This document shows, one piece after another, positions 27,367 through 37,867 of a stretch of 64,000 bases of DNA. The notes under the pieces were generated by a model. It was not told the origin of the DNA. It was given only the letters and a program-made list of their open reading frames with translations, and did not search any database. The stretch spans positions 1,536,001 through 1,600,000 of the forward strand of contig CAWGTN010000002.1 of assembly GCA_963825525.1 (NCBI GenBank), in the 5' to 3' direction. The stretch comes from an uncultured Chloroflexia bacterium. GTDB lineage: Bacteria > Chloroflexota > Limnocylindria > QHBO01. Positions within the stretch are counted from its first letter, which is position 1. Each line of letters opens with the position of its first letter. The translations under genes and the position numbers were made by a program.

Positions 27367-28377
27367 CTACAGGTCGAAGACGACCACGGCGATGGCCGTG
27401 ATGAACAGGTTGACGAGGGCGAGAGGCAACAGGACCTTCCACGCCATGCCCATGAGCTGATCCACGCGCATGCGGGGCAGGGTGGCGCGCAGCCAGACCG
27501 CGATGGACACGAAGATGTAGGTCTTGAGGAAGAACCAGAAGATGCCATAGAGGGTGCCGCCGAATCCATCGAGCTGTGCCGGGAACGGCCAGGGCGCCAG
27601 CCAGCCGCCGAAGAAGAGGCTGACCAGGATGCCGCTCATGATGAACAGCGCGACGTACTCGGCGAAGAAGAAGAACCCGAAGCGCATCCCCGAGTACTCG
27701 GTGAAGGGGCCGGCCACCAGCTCCGAGTCTGCCTCGACCATATCGAACGGGGTCCGGTTCACCTCCGCCAATGAGCTGATGTAGAAGATGCCGAGGCCGA
27801 CCGGTTGCCACACCAGGAGCCAGCCATGGTCCCGCTGCCAGGCGATGAGCTCGCTGAAGTTCAGCGTGCCGGCCAGGACCACCGCCCCCACGATCGAGAG
27901 GGTGAGCGGAATCTCGTAGCTCACCATCTGGGCCGCCGCGCGCAGCCCGCCGAGGAGCGAGTACTTGTTGTAGCTCGCCCAGCCGGCCACGAGGAGCCCC
28001 ACAACCGAGAGGCCGAGCACCGCGAAGAAGTAGACGATGCCGATGTTGAAGTCGGCGGCGACGGCACCCGGCGCGAACGGGATCACGAGCATGCTCATCG
28101 CCGCGGCCATGTAGACCATCCACGGCGCGAGGGTGAACGTCCCGCGGTCCGCCTGGTCGGGCACCGTGTCCTCCTTGGCGAGGACCTTGAACCCGTGGAT
28201 CGTGCTCTGGAAGATGCCGCGCGGACCGATGCGGTTCGGTCCGAAGCGCAGGTTCATCTGGGCGATGATCTTCATCTCCATCTGGATGATGACGAACGCC
28301 GTCGGAACGGTGAGCAGCAGCAGCAGCGTCGTCGCCAGGATGAATCGGCCGAGGCCGAGAAGCAGCTCGAAGTCCAT
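27367..28377 (-). CDS. nuoH: NADH-quinone oxidoreductase subunit H
   Basis: RFGPNRIGP, NKYSLLGGLRAAAQMVSYE, NRTPFD..EADSELVAG..TEYSG, RATLPRMRVDQL. Confidence 0.95.
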   Translation of the reverse strand: MDFELLLGLGRFILATTLLLLLTVPTAFVIIQMEMKIIAQMNLRFGPNRIGPRGIFQSTIHGFKVLAKEDTVPDQADRGTFTLAPWMVYMAAAMSMLVIPFAPGAVAADFNIGIVYFFAVLGLSVVGLLVAGWASYNKYSLLGGLRAAAQMVSYEIPLTLSIVGAVVLAGTLNFSELIAWQRDHGWLLVWQPVGLGIFYISSLAEVNRTPFDMVEADSELVAGPFTEYSGMRFGFFFFAEYVALFIMSGILVSLFFGGWLAPWPFPAQLDGFGGTLYGIFWFFLKTYIFVSIAVWLRATLPRMRVDQLMGMAWKVLLPLALVNLFITAIAVVVFDL

Positions 28378-28380
28378 CGG

Positions 28381-29664
28381 CTACTTGTCCACGCCGCCCA
28401 TGACCGGGTCGAGGCTGGCCATCACCGCCATGGTGTCGGCGACCAGCCGGCCCGGCATGAGCTTCGGCAGTGCCTGGAGGCTGATGAAGCTGGGATCGCG
28501 CATCCGGAAGCGGTACGGGTTCGGGCCTCCGTCGCTGATGGCATAGACGCTGTACAGGCCGCGTGGCGACTCGACCGCGCCGTACGCGCGGCCCGGCCGT
28601 GGACGGATGATGCCGGGGACCTGGGCCTGCACCGCCCCGTGGGGCATCTTGTCGATGATCTGGTCGATGAGGTGGATGCTCTGCTTGATCTCGGCGATGC
28701 GCTGCAGGTAGCGGGAGTAGGAATCTCCGCCCTCCTGGGTGATGACGTCGAACTCGAGCTCGTTGTAGATCGAGTAGGGCTTCGCCTTGCGGACATCGAA
28801 GGGGACGCCGGATGCTCGCAGGTTCGGACCGGTGACGCCGAGACTGATGGCCTCCTGGCCGGTGAGCGTGCCCATGTTGATCGTCCGTGCTCGGAAGATC
28901 TCGTTCTCGGTGATCATGTGCTCGTTCATCTCGATGTTCTTCATGACGTTGCCGCGCCACGTGCCGAGACGGCTGAGGAACTCGTCGTTGGTGTCGAAGT
29001 TCACGCCACCCACGCGGAAGAAGTTGAAGAGCATGCGCTGGCCGCTGATGGCCGACAGCATGTCGACGATCTCGTCGCGATTGATGAACGCGTAAAGGAT
29101 CGGGGTGATGCCGCCCATGTCGAGCGCCAGGAAGCCCATCATCAGCCCGTGGCTGAAGATGCGATTCAGCTCCACGACCAGTGCGCGGATGTACTCGGCG
29201 CGCGGCGGTGCCTTGATGCCGTACAGCTTCTCGAACGCGATGGCCGGTGCATGCTCGTTGTGCATGGTCGACAGGTAGTCCATGGGGTCCACGTAGGTGA
29301 GAACGGTGGTGTACGTCGCGTTCTCGCACAGCTTCTCGATGCCGCGATGGAGGTAGCCAAGGACGGGGTCGATGTCGACGATGATCTCGCCGCGAACCTT
29401 GACCACCAGCCGCATCACGCCGTGGGTCGACGGGTGCTGCGGCCCCATGTTCACGAGCATCTCCCCCTCGTCCAGGGTGTAGACCTCGCGCTCCCGTTCC
29501 GTCTGGGGTGGTCGATCCGGGATCCCGACCTGGTCGAAGCCCGCGTACTCGCCCGCACTCGTTCGGACCGGCGTCAGGCCGGCGACCGCGCGGAGGCGTT
29601 CCTCTTCGAGCCGATCCAGCTCGATCGGGTCGGGGATTCGCGTCTCCGGATCCACGCTCGTCAT
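28381..29664 (-). CDS. nuoD: NADH-quinone oxidoreductase subunit D
   Basis: NMGPQHPSTHGVMRL, GYLHRGIEK, GPNLRASG, ESPRG, SLDPVMGGVDK. Confidence 0.95.
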   Translation of the reverse strand: MTSVDPETRIPDPIELDRLEEERLRAVAGLTPVRTSAGEYAGFDQVGIPDRPPQTEREREVYTLDEGEMLVNMGPQHPSTHGVMRLVVKVRGEIIVDIDPVLGYLHRGIEKLCENATYTTVLTYVDPMDYLSTMHNEHAPAIAFEKLYGIKAPPRAEYIRALVVELNRIFSHGLMMGFLALDMGGITPILYAFINRDEIVDMLSAISGQRMLFNFFRVGGVNFDTNDEFLSRLGTWRGNVMKNIEMNEHMITENEIFRARTINMGTLTGQEAISLGVTGPNLRASGVPFDVRKAKPYSIYNELEFDVITQEGGDSYSRYLQRIAEIKQSIHLIDQIIDKMPHGAVQAQVPGIIRPRPGRAYGAVESPRGLYSVYAISDGGPNPYRFRMRDPSFISLQALPKLMPGRLVADTMAVMASLDPVMGGVDK

Positions 29665-30254
29665 CGCGCGCCGCTCCCGTTGGAATCCGTTGGCGCTTCC
29701 GTCGCGCCCGGCGTGTCGCGGTAGCGGGAGAGGTCCCAGGTCGCGGGCCGCTCGAGCGGGTTCACGCCAGCGGCGGGAGAGTCGGCCGCGTCATCCGGCA
29801 GAAGAAAGTCACGACGCTGCGGAAAGGAGCGGTAGTCGGGGCTCATGTAGATGCGCCGAAGGTCGCGATTGCCGTCGAAGATGATGCCCATCATGTCGTA
29901 CATCTCGCGCTCGTGGAACATCGCCCCCTCCCACAGGTCGGTGATGGTGGGGATGCGCGGATCATCGCGGTCCACGTCGGCACGGATGCGGAGCCAGCCG
30001 GGATGCTTCCAGCTGAACAGGTGGTACACCACCTCGAAGCGCTCCCCGAGTCCGTAGTCGACCGCCGCGGCGTCGGCAAGCATGAAGAAGTCGAGATCGT
30101 CATCGTCGCGCAGGGTCTTGAGGACGTCATGGGCACGGGGCGCACTGACCCGGTACTCGACGGTGTCCTCGTCGGTCCACAGGTCGCGAAGGTCGTCACC
30201 GAGACGCTCGGCCAGCGCCCGGACGAGCGCGCCGGCCGCGGCGGACGTGGTCAG
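29661..30254 (-). CDS. nuoC: NADH-quinone oxidoreductase subunit C (probable CTG start)
   Basis: [38 protein letters not shown]; CTGA overlap with nuoB stop and SD GAAGGAG 7 nt upstream. Confidence 0.9.
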   Translation of the reverse strand: MTTSAAAGALVRALAERLGDDLRDLWTDEDTVEYRVSAPRAHDVLKTLRDDDDLDFFMLADAAAVDYGLGERFEVVYHLFSWKHPGWLRIRADVDRDDPRIPTITDLWEGAMFHEREMYDMMGIIFDGNRDLRRIYMSPDYRSFPQRRDFLLPDDAADSPAAGVNPLERPATWDLSRYRDTPGATEAPTDSNGSGAR

Positions 30255-30910
30255 CGGACGTCTCCTTCCCAGTTGGTTCGCTGCGGGCCTCGATCCACGT
30301 ACGTGCTCCACTGGCCTCGGCGCTGCTTGACCAGCTCGTGCAGCTTCATCATTCCGTAGATCAGGCCCTCGGGGCGCGGTGGGCAGCCCGGCACGTACAC
30401 GTCGACCGGCATGACCCGATCCACGCCCTGGACCACGCTGTACGAACGCTTGAAACGGCCACCGGATGTCGTGCAGGTGCCCATGGCCACGCACCACTTG
30501 GGCTCGGGCATCTGCTCCCACAGCCGGACGAGCGGCCCGGCCATCTTCGTGGTCAGCGTGCCGGCCACGATCAACACGTCCGCCTGCCGTGGGCTGGCGC
30601 GGAACGGGAACATCCCGAATCGGTCGATGTCGTTCACGCTCGTGGCCGTGCTCATCATCTCGATGGCGCAGCAGCTGAGCCCCGACAGCAACGGCCAGAG
30701 CGAGTTGGCTCGAATGAGGTCGAGGATGTAGTCGGCCTTGGTCGGGATGACCTCGAGCAGGCCGTGGAATCCGCCCTGCGGATGCTCCTCCATCCCGAAC
30801 TCGCGCAGCAGGTCGCTGTCCGCGGCCTGGTCGGGAATGACGATCGGTCCGTTGCCGGGGGTCGACATCAGTTCGGTCGAGCTCCCGGTTGTTGGTCGGT
30901 CTACTGCCAT
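30251..30910 (-). CDS. nuoB: NADH-quinone oxidoreductase subunit B
   Basis: [44 protein letters not shown]. Confidence 0.95.
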   Translation of the reverse strand: MAVDRPTTGSSTELMSTPGNGPIVIPDQAADSDLLREFGMEEHPQGGFHGLLEVIPTKADYILDLIRANSLWPLLSGLSCCAIEMMSTATSVNDIDRFGMFPFRASPRQADVLIVAGTLTTKMAGPLVRLWEQMPEPKWCVAMGTCTTSGGRFKRSYSVVQGVDRVMPVDVYVPGCPPRPEGLIYGMMKLHELVKQRRGQWSTYVDRGPQRTNWEGDVR

Positions 30911-31260
30911 CGCAGGTCCCCCTTCTTCCACGCGTACAGCTCACCGAACATGAGGATGGCCAGGAAGATGCCGATCAGGACGATCCCCTGGAACTCGAGC
31001 GACCGCACGGTGATCGCCCACAGGTATACGAAGATGATCTCCACGTCGAAGGCCACGAACAGCAGGGCGTATAGGTAAAAGGCAAGTCCGAATCGGCTCC
31101 AGGTGTCGCCGATCGTGTCCACCCCGGACTCGTACGGCAGGCCCTTCTGGGGACGCCGGCGCCGATGGGTGATCAGCCAGCTGAACAGGATCGTGCCGAA
31201 GACGAAGGTCGTCGCGGCAAACGCGAATCCGATGACGTAGAGCAGTCCGGTGTGATCCAT
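30901..31260 (-). CDS. nuoA: NADH-quinone oxidoreductase subunit A
   Basis: [31 protein letters not shown]. Confidence 0.95.
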   Translation of the reverse strand: MDHTGLLYVIGFAFAATTFVFGTILFSWLITHRRRRPQKGLPYESGVDTIGDTWSRFGLAFYLYALLFVAFDVEIIFVYLWAITVRSLEFQGIVLIGIFLAILMFGELYAWKKGDLRWQ

Positions 31261-31458
31261 CTCCACTCCGGTTGCACGCGGTGCAGTTGCGTGTCGGGCA
31301 GCGGCCCGACGCTGAGGTTCGTCGTTGGTGGAGCGGTGCGGCGCTGCGTGCACGGCCCGCTCGTTTCACAGTCTAGCAGGGGCGTTCCGCCTCGTGGCCG
31401 CACCGTTCTCGACCATTCCCGCGGTGCGCACCGATATTTCGCCGATAGTTCTGCCGGA

Positions 31459-32592
31459 TCATCGGCCCTGCCACGCGGCCGCCACGATGAGCCGCAGCCC
31501 GTCGCTGACGAGGGCGTGGCCCCCCAGCAGGAACGGGACCGAGGCATCGGCTGCCGACTCGGTCAGCTCGCGCAGCCACGGGGTCTCGACCCGCGTCACA
31601 TCTCCGAAATCGGACGCCAGGCGCTCCTCCTCCGGCGGCCACGCCGCCGCCTCCGACGACCGTCCGAGCGCCGCCATCAGCACCCGCGTATCGAGGACGA
31701 CCGCATCCCCGAGCCGCGACAGCTCGGCGATCAGCTCGCGCGGTGACGTGCGATCCATGAACGCGGCGAGCAGTGATCGTGGGGCCGAGCCGGTGTCTCG
31801 CGCCGACCGCATCCCGCGCTCCTCGATGAAGCCTCTGACGCGGCACGCCGTCTCGGTCTCGAGCTCCTTCCAGGTCGTCGCCGGGATGCGTCCGGCGACC
31901 ACCAGCTCGCCGCCGCGGTCGCGGATCACCTCGCCGATCGTCTCGAGCCGCGGGACCTCGAGGGCGCCTCCGCCGGGCAGGCGGGCCATCTCCAGGAACC
32001 CCCCGACGGATGGATCCAGCGTGCGCATCCCCGAGAGGCGCGTCGCCAGGCGCAGCAGGGCAAGGTCCAGCGTCGTGTCCACGTCGAACCGCGCCCATGC
32101 CGTGGCACCGAGATCACGCCAGCCGAAGCCGGCCTCGTTCAGTCGCCGGGGCGCCGCATTGTCGGTCTCGCACCCCGCGAGGGCGTCGAGCGCCCGCTCG
32201 AGATCTCCGGCAACCGTGAATGCATCGGCGCTGAATCGATTGTTGGCGACCACCTCACCCGGGATGGGCGACAGGAGCTGATCAAGGTCCGCATCGGGGA
32301 GCAGGGCGAGGGCGCCACCGCCGGCGTAGCCGATGGCATCCAGCGGTCCGTCCACGTTGGCCAGGGCGGCGCGAGCTGCCGCGACGTACCAGCGCCCCCA
32401 GTGAAAGCCGGACGCATCCTCAGTGTGGACCGCCGGCAAGGGAGCAACCGCCGCACCCTGCGCGCCAAGCCGTCGCGAGAGCTCCGTTGCCAGCAGCCGC
32501 CGGCCGTCGGTCGCGATGGCTGTGTGGCTTCCGAAGCGTTGATCATCCGCCGGCGTCGTGACGAGCACGAGTGGCGCGGGCCGCTCAGCCAT
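31459..32592 (-). CDS. Hypothetical protein, possible nucleotidyltransferase-like (CofC-like) fold
   Basis: Long ORF with coding-like bias; FDVDTTLDL resembles the DxDTxxDL motif; function not assignable. Confidence 0.6.
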   Translation of the reverse strand: MAERPAPLVLVTTPADDQRFGSHTAIATDGRRLLATELSRRLGAQGAAVAPLPAVHTEDASGFHWGRWYVAAARAALANVDGPLDAIGYAGGGALALLPDADLDQLLSPIPGEVVANNRFSADAFTVAGDLERALDALAGCETDNAAPRRLNEAGFGWRDLGATAWARFDVDTTLDLALLRLATRLSGMRTLDPSVGGFLEMARLPGGGALEVPRLETIGEVIRDRGGELVVAGRIPATTWKELETETACRVRGFIEERGMRSARDTGSAPRSLLAAFMDRTSPRELIAELSRLGDAVVLDTRVLMAALGRSSEAAAWPPEEERLASDFGDVTRVETPWLRELTESAADASVPFLLGGHALVSDGLRLIVAAAWQGR

Positions 32593-32635
32593 TTGAGGGA
32601 GGTCCCTCCCTTCCACCTCAACATATATCGCACCG

Positions 32636-32656
32636 GGGGGCTTGCGGCAAGCCCCC
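32636..32656. promoter_or_regulatory. Rifamycin-associated element (RAE)-like palindrome
   Basis: Perfect GGGGGCTTGC-G-GCAAGCCCCC; core GGGGCTTGCGGCAAGCCCC differs at one position from the RAE 19-mer as I recall it (GGGGCTTGCGGCAAGGCCC); 120 bp upstream of a Rox-like gene. Confidence 0.75.
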
Positions 32657-32776
32657 GCCGGTGTCGCATCATCGTGGGCCGAGTCCAGAGATCGACCGCG
32701 ATGGGAGTCACGAGATGCGAATGGTGTTGTCGAAGCGTGTGGCGCGTGAAGAGCTCGTACCGATCGGAGCCCAGCG

Positions 32777-34312
32777 GTGATCGAGCATGCGGTGCTGATC
32801 GCCGGAGGCGGTCCGACGGGACTGATGCTGGCCGGTGAGCTGGCCCTGGCGGGCGTGGACGTGGCCATCTACGAGCGGCGCGCCAACCAGGACCTTGCCG
32901 GGTCTCGCGCGGGCGGCCTTCATTCGCGAACCATCGAGATCCTCGATCAGCGTGGCATCGCCGACAGGTTCCTGTCGGAGGGACAGAAGGCCCAGGTTGC
33001 CGGATTCGGCGGCGTGCCCCTGGACATCAGCGACTTCCCGACGCGGCATGCCTACGGACTCGGGCTGTGGCAGAACCACATCGAGCGCATCCTCGCCGGC
33101 TGGGTCCACGAGCTGGGGGTGCCGATCCACTATGGCACCGACATCACCGGCCTTGCACAGGATGCCGTCGGCGTCGACGTTGCGCTGTCCGACGGCAGAA
33201 CACAGCGCGCGCAGTACCTCGTCGGATGCGACGGAGGACGGAGCCTGGTCCGCAAGGCGGCCGGCATCGACTTTCCCGGGTGGGACGCGTCGACCAGCAG
33301 CCTGATCGCCCAGGTCGAGATGGCCGACGAGCCGGAGCTGGGCATGCGCCGTGACGCGAGTGGAACCCATGCCCTGGGGAAGGTCGAGTACGAGATCATC
33401 GACGGCAAGGTTGTCTACCAGAAGGGGGGACGGGTGGGGGTCGTGCTGGCCGAGGAGACGGTCGGCGCGGCGGCGGAACCCACCTTCGACGACGTTCGCG
33501 CCAGGCTCGTCGCCGTCTACGGGACGGACTACGGGATCCACAGTCCGACCTGGATCTCCAGGTTCACCGACGCGACCCGGCAGGCCGCGGCCTACCGCAC
33601 GGGTCGGGTGCTCCTGGCGGGCGACGCGGCGCACGTCCACTCCCCGGTCGGTGGACAGGGCCTCAACACCGGCGTGCAGGATGCGGTGAACCTGGGGTGG
33701 AAGTTGGCGCAGGTCGTCCGACGGACCGCGCCGGAGGCCCTGCTCGACACCTACCATGCCGAGCGTCACCCGGTCGCTGCCCGCGTGCTGCGCACGACGA
33801 TGGCGCAGACCGCGCTGACGCGGGTCGACGATCGCACCGATGCGTTGCGAGACAGCGTGGCCGAGCTGCTGAGCATGGACGAGCCGCGGACCCGATTCGC
33901 GGCAATGATGTCCGGGCTCGACATCCACTACGACCTCGGGGACGGGCACCCGCTGCTCGGACGCCGCATGCCGGACCTCGATCTGCTCACCGACCGAGGC
34001 CCGATGCGAGCCTTCTCACTCCTGCACGATGCGCGGCCACTCCTGCTCGACCTGGGCGGGGCGGGTCCCTTCGACATCGGCCCCTGGGCGGACCGGGTTC
34101 GGCTGATCGAGGCGAGGCACGACGGCGCGTGGGAGCTGCCGGCGATCGGTTCGGTCCCGGCTCCCGCTGCGGTGGTCATCCGGCCCGACGGATACGTTGC
34201 GTGGGTTGGGCAGGGTTCGGGTCAGGTGGGGCTGGATGACGCGCTGACCACCTGGTTCGGGCCGCCGAATAGACCGCCGGCCGGGTCAGTCATCGCCGAG
34301 CAGGCGATGTAG
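32777..34312 (+). CDS. Group A FAD-dependent monooxygenase, rifampicin monooxygenase (Rox)-like
   Basis: GGGPTGLMLAGEL, YLVGCDGGRS, RVLLAGDAAHVHSPVGGQGLNTGVQDAVNLGWKLA, HPLLGRRMPDL, IRPDGYVAW. Confidence 0.85.
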   Translation: MIEHAVLIAGGGPTGLMLAGELALAGVDVAIYERRANQDLAGSRAGGLHSRTIEILDQRGIADRFLSEGQKAQVAGFGGVPLDISDFPTRHAYGLGLWQNHIERILAGWVHELGVPIHYGTDITGLAQDAVGVDVALSDGRTQRAQYLVGCDGGRSLVRKAAGIDFPGWDASTSSLIAQVEMADEPELGMRRDASGTHALGKVEYEIIDGKVVYQKGGRVGVVLAEETVGAAAEPTFDDVRARLVAVYGTDYGIHSPTWISRFTDATRQAAAYRTGRVLLAGDAAHVHSPVGGQGLNTGVQDAVNLGWKLAQVVRRTAPEALLDTYHAERHPVAARVLRTTMAQTALTRVDDRTDALRDSVAELLSMDEPRTRFAAMMSGLDIHYDLGDGHPLLGRRMPDLDLLTDRGPMRAFSLLHDARPLLLDLGGAGPFDIGPWADRVRLIEARHDGAWELPAIGSVPAPAAVVIRPDGYVAWVGQGSGQVGLDDALTTWFGPPNRPPAGSVIAEQAM

Positions 34313-34861
34313 CTGCTCAAGGTGCATCAGGTCGTGGACGCCAACGAACAGCAGCCACTCGCCGCAGCGCAGATGACCGACCAGCGGGTGGTCGAGCGGG
34401 CATGGCTCCATCTCGTGCCCTGCAATGGCCTCCGCAGAGGACGCCATCGAGCGTCGCGACTTGTTCAGGTAGATCAGCAGCAGCTCTCTCGATGCATCCG
34501 CGCGGCCGGGGATCCCCGGTCGGACGACGGGCTCCTCGGCCGGCCATTCGCGACGGGCGGCGAGGGCGGCCGCGTGAGCCATCCATCGGCGTGCCGAGGT
34601 CGTGTGTGCGAATGCTTCGGCGACATTCCAATCGCCCTCGCCGCCCGGCGCCCGCAGCTGATCGTCGCTGGTCGCCGCGAGCGCAGCACCCAGCGCCTCG
34701 GCGATCGCCTCCTGCTGCGCAAGGATGCGCCCGGCGTCACCAACGGCCACCCGTGCCCGCAGCTCCCTGCGCAGCGGTCGAAGCTGATCGGCGACACGCC
34801 AGCATGCGACCACGTCCGATGCGCTGGCTTCGAGCGTCGCGACCCAGGTCGGCGTCGTCAT
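34286..34861 (-). CDS. DinB/YfiT-like family protein
   Basis: WNVAEAFAH, HPLVG, HDLMHLEQ metal-triad His residues. Confidence 0.8.
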   Translation of the reverse strand: MTTPTWVATLEASASDVVACWRVADQLRPLRRELRARVAVGDAGRILAQQEAIAEALGAALAATSDDQLRAPGGEGDWNVAEAFAHTTSARRWMAHAAALAARREWPAEEPVVRPGIPGRADASRELLLIYLNKSRRSMASSAEAIAGHEMEPCPLDHPLVGHLRCGEWLLFVGVHDLMHLEQLHRLLGDD

Positions 34862-34897
34862 CGTGCGGCCGTCAATCCGTGGAGCGCCGCGGACCGG

Positions 34898-35227
34898 TTA
34901 CAGGCGCTCGAATCGCTCCACGGGCTGCACGAAGACCGTTGCGCCGCCCACCTCGACCTCGACCGGGTAGGGCATGTAGAACTCGCCCGGCTCCATGATG
35001 GGCGGCATGGGGTTCACGAACTGCTTTCGACTGTGGCAGTTCGCGCTGATGATCCCCAGCACGTCCTCGACCTGGTCATCCTCGACCCCCAGCACGATGG
35101 TGGCGTTGCCCTGCTTGAGGAAGCCACCGGACGAGTTGAACCGCGTTGCGCGGAACTCCTTTTCCAGGAGCGCGTCGACCAGCGTCGCGGCATCCTCGCT
35201 GTGCACGATGGCGGTGACGAGCTTCAT
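34898..35227 (-). CDS. darA: PII-like cyclic-di-AMP receptor (DarA/PstA/YaaQ)
   Basis: MKLVTAIV..ED, SSGGFLKQGNAT, VEVGGATVFV; downstream of tmk as in Bacillus. Confidence 0.9.
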   Translation of the reverse strand: MKLVTAIVHSEDAATLVDALLEKEFRATRFNSSGGFLKQGNATIVLGVEDDQVEDVLGIISANCHSRKQFVNPMPPIMEPGEFYMPYPVEVEVGGATVFVQPVERFERL

Positions 35228-35364
35228 CGGTGGTCGGCTCCTTCGTTCGGCGCGAGCCCGCGGGCGGGGGCTGATGGGCGTTGCCGATTATGGCGCAGGG
35301 GAGCACCCGAGGGCCACCCGTCGGCGACCCGAGTCCCATCTGCCGCCGCATGCATCGAGCGCGC

Positions 35365-36015
35365 TCAGCTGAGGAATCTCCGCGCGACGACGCGCGTGAT
35401 CGCCGCGTCCGCCTCCTCGACCGAGACGGAGCCATCGATGACCTCGTAGCGGTCCGGCTCCTCCGCCGCCAGGCGCAGGTAGGCGCCGCGCACCTTCTCG
35501 AAGAAGCTCACCTCCTCCGTGTCCTCGAAGCGGTTCCACTCGGAGCGTCGTCGCGTGCGTTCCAGCCCGATGTCGACCGGCACGTCGATCAGCAGGGTGA
35601 GGTCCGGCCACAGGCCGCCGGTCGCGAAGTCCTGCAGGCCGCGCATGGCCGACATGTCGTTGCCGTAGCCGGCGCCCTGGTAGGCGAGTGACGAGTCCGC
35701 GTAGCGCGCGCAGACCACCCAGTCGCCGCGCTCCAGCGCCGGGCGGATGACCCGCTCGACGTGCTGTGCGCGGCCGGCGGCGTAGAGCAATGCGTCGGCA
35801 CGGGGTTCGAGGTCGTCGCTCATGCCGCGCATGTGCAGCACGATCCGACGGACCTCCTCGCCCAGCGGCGTACCGCCCGGCTCGTGGGTCAGGACGGCGC
35901 GAATGCGATGGCCAGCCAGCCACGACACGAGGTGCCGGGCAGCGGTCGACTTCCCGCTCCCTTCAGGGCCCTCGAGGGTGATGAACCTGCCCCGGCCAGC
36001 CGATGCGTCGCTCAC
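35365..36015 (-). CDS. tmk: Thymidylate kinase
   Basis: FITLEGPEGSGKST, HEPGGT, LLYAAGRAQH, DSSLAYQGAG, PDLTLLID. Confidence 0.95.
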   Translation of the reverse strand: MSDASAGRGRFITLEGPEGSGKSTAARHLVSWLAGHRIRAVLTHEPGGTPLGEEVRRIVLHMRGMSDDLEPRADALLYAAGRAQHVERVIRPALERGDWVVCARYADSSLAYQGAGYGNDMSAMRGLQDFATGGLWPDLTLLIDVPVDIGLERTRRRSEWNRFEDTEEVSFFEKVRGAYLRLAAEEPDRYEVIDGSVSVEEADAAITRVVARRFLS

Positions 36016-36037
36016 GCGTGGAGACGAGCCGCAGCCG

Positions 36038-37867
36038 TCATCGCCAGCTCTGCCCCTCTTCGGGGATCAGCTCCACCCGGCGATTTGGCTCCGAACCCCG
36101 GGATCGGGACATCAGGGCGTTCTTCTCCGCCAACTGGTGCTGGAGGCGCCGGACGTAGGCGTTCTGCGGCGCCAGCTCCACCGGTCGACCGGACGCCTGG
36201 ACCAGCCCGATGGCCTCCGACGTCTCGCGCATGGCCGCTTCCTGCGGATCGGCCTCGAGGTCGAACAGGCTGGCCAGCATGTTCTCCATCTGCTGGGTCG
36301 TGTTCGTCTTGAGCACATAGATCGGAACGCCATGCGACTCGGCGTCGCGCAGTGCCGCCGGCTTGCGCCGGTAGTAGTTGCGGAGGGTGACGACCGCATC
36401 GGCGTCATCGAGCTCGCGAGCGACCGTCACCGGGACGCCGAGGTCCCGCACCGCCTGTTCCAGTCGCTTGCGGCTCACGCCGAATGCGAAGACGCTCATC
36501 GGCCGATGCGACCGTGTCCGGTCATTCGCCGGGCGTTGCGCTCCGATCGTCCGATCCACAGGGGCCGTCGCGTCCATCTCGTTCAGCGCCTGTTCGAGCT
36601 GCTGACGCGGATCGGGACCGGCGGGTGTGATCCCGGCGATTCGCTCACCGGGCAGCGATCGACCGGCGCGAGCGGCGTCGCCCGCACCGGGAAGCGGTCG
36701 AAGCCCGCCGCGCTCGTACCGGTTGCCGGCGGATCCGCCCCGGCCGCCGCGCCCGAAGGCCCCGAAGCCGCCCGTGGGCTCCAGCGGGGCGAAGGCGGGG
36801 TTGCCGGCGGCCGTCTCGGTGATTCGGTAGTCGTACTTCGTCATTGCCTTGAGCTCGCCCGCCTCATCGCGGTAGCGCGATTCCGGCGGAACCATGTGGC
36901 CGCGCAGGATGGCGTCCACGGTCTCGGCCACGTTGCGATGCACGATCACGTTGTCGCGCTCCACGATCTCCACCAGGACATCGAACGTGGGTGGCGCCTT
37001 GCGCTCGAGCACGGTCTTCTGCGTCCCGCGCCGGCGAGCCTCCTCGTCGCCGAGGGTGACCGGCTGGATCCCGCCGACGAGATCCGACAGGGTCGGGTTG
37101 AGCATGAGGTTGTCGAGGGTGTTGCCATGGGCCGTTCCCACCAGCTGCACGCCGCGCTCCGCGATGGTCCGTGCCGCGCCGGCCTCGAGCTCCGTCCCGA
37201 TCTCGTCGATGACGATCACCTCGGGCATGTGGTTCTCGACGGCCTCGATCATCACCGAGTGCTGCTCGGTCGGCGTGCGGACCTGCATGCGGCGTGCATC
37301 GCCGATGCCGGGGTGCGGGATGTCGCCATCGCCGGCGATCTCGTTGCTGGTATCCACCACGATGACGCGCTTGCCCAGGTCATCGGCCAGCACTCGCGCC
37401 ACCTCGCGCAGCATCGTCGTCTTGCCGACGCCGGGCCGTCCCAGGATGAGCAGCGACTGCCCGGCCTCGGTGATGTCCCGGATGATGTCGATGGTCCCGA
37501 ACACGGCCCGCCCGATGCGACAGGTCAGGCCGACGACCTTCCCCGCCCGGTTGCGGATGGCGCTGATGCGGTGCAGCGTCCGCTCGATCCCCGCCCGGTT
37601 GTCGTCCCCGAAGACGCCGATGTGATCGATGACGTGGGCGATGTCGACCTCGGTGATCTCTCGATCCAGGAGATCCTGCTCGCCCGTCGTGAAGCGGGCC
37701 TGCGGCCGGCGACCGAGGTCCATGACCACCTCGAGCAGGTCGGTGCGGTTCGCCAGGCCGCGCAGTCGATCGCAGATCTCCGGCGGCAGCGCCTCCATCA
37801 GGGCATCGAGGTCGTCGGTCGTCTCACGCCTCTCCACGTCTCGCCTCGCCTTCCGTTCGCTCGTCAT
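36038..37867 (-). CDS. Ycf45/SpoIIIAA-like AAA+ ATPase with C-terminal R3H domain
   Basis: [58 protein letters not shown]. Confidence 0.9.
   Translation of the reverse strand: MTSERKARRDVERRETTDDLDALMEALPPEICDRLRGLANRTDLLEVVMDLGRRPQARFTTGEQDLLDREITEVDIAHVIDHIGVFGDDNRAGIERTLHRISAIRNRAGKVVGLTCRIGRAVFGTIDIIRDITEAGQSLLILGRPGVGKTTMLREVARVLADDLGKRVIVVDTSNEIAGDGDIPHPGIGDARRMQVRTPTEQHSVMIEAVENHMPEVIVIDEIGTELEAGAARTIAERGVQLVGTAHGNTLDNLMLNPTLSDLVGGIQPVTLGDEEARRRGTQKTVLERKAPPTFDVLVEIVERDNVIVHRNVAETVDAILRGHMVPPESRYRDEAGELKAMTKYDYRITETAAGNPAFAPLEPTGGFGAFGRGGRGGSAGNRYERGGLRPLPGAGDAARAGRSLPGERIAGITPAGPDPRQQLEQALNEMDATAPVDRTIGAQRPANDRTRSHRPMSVFAFGVSRKRLEQAVRDLGVPVTVARELDDADAVVTLRNYYRRKPAALRDAESHGVPIYVLKTNTTQQMENMLASLFDLEADPQEAAMRETSEAIGLVQASGRPVELAPQNAYVRRLQHQLAEKNALMSRSRGSEPNRRVELIPEEGQSWR

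Noticed and set aside
29661-30944. 427-aa ORF suggesting an N-terminally extended NuoC or a NuoB-C fusion
   Set aside because: The upstream part is an alternative frame over nuoB; NuoC similarity begins only at about 30254
34898-36015. tmk-darA linkage as a novelty
   Set aside because: Known conserved arrangement in Bacillota and other monoderms
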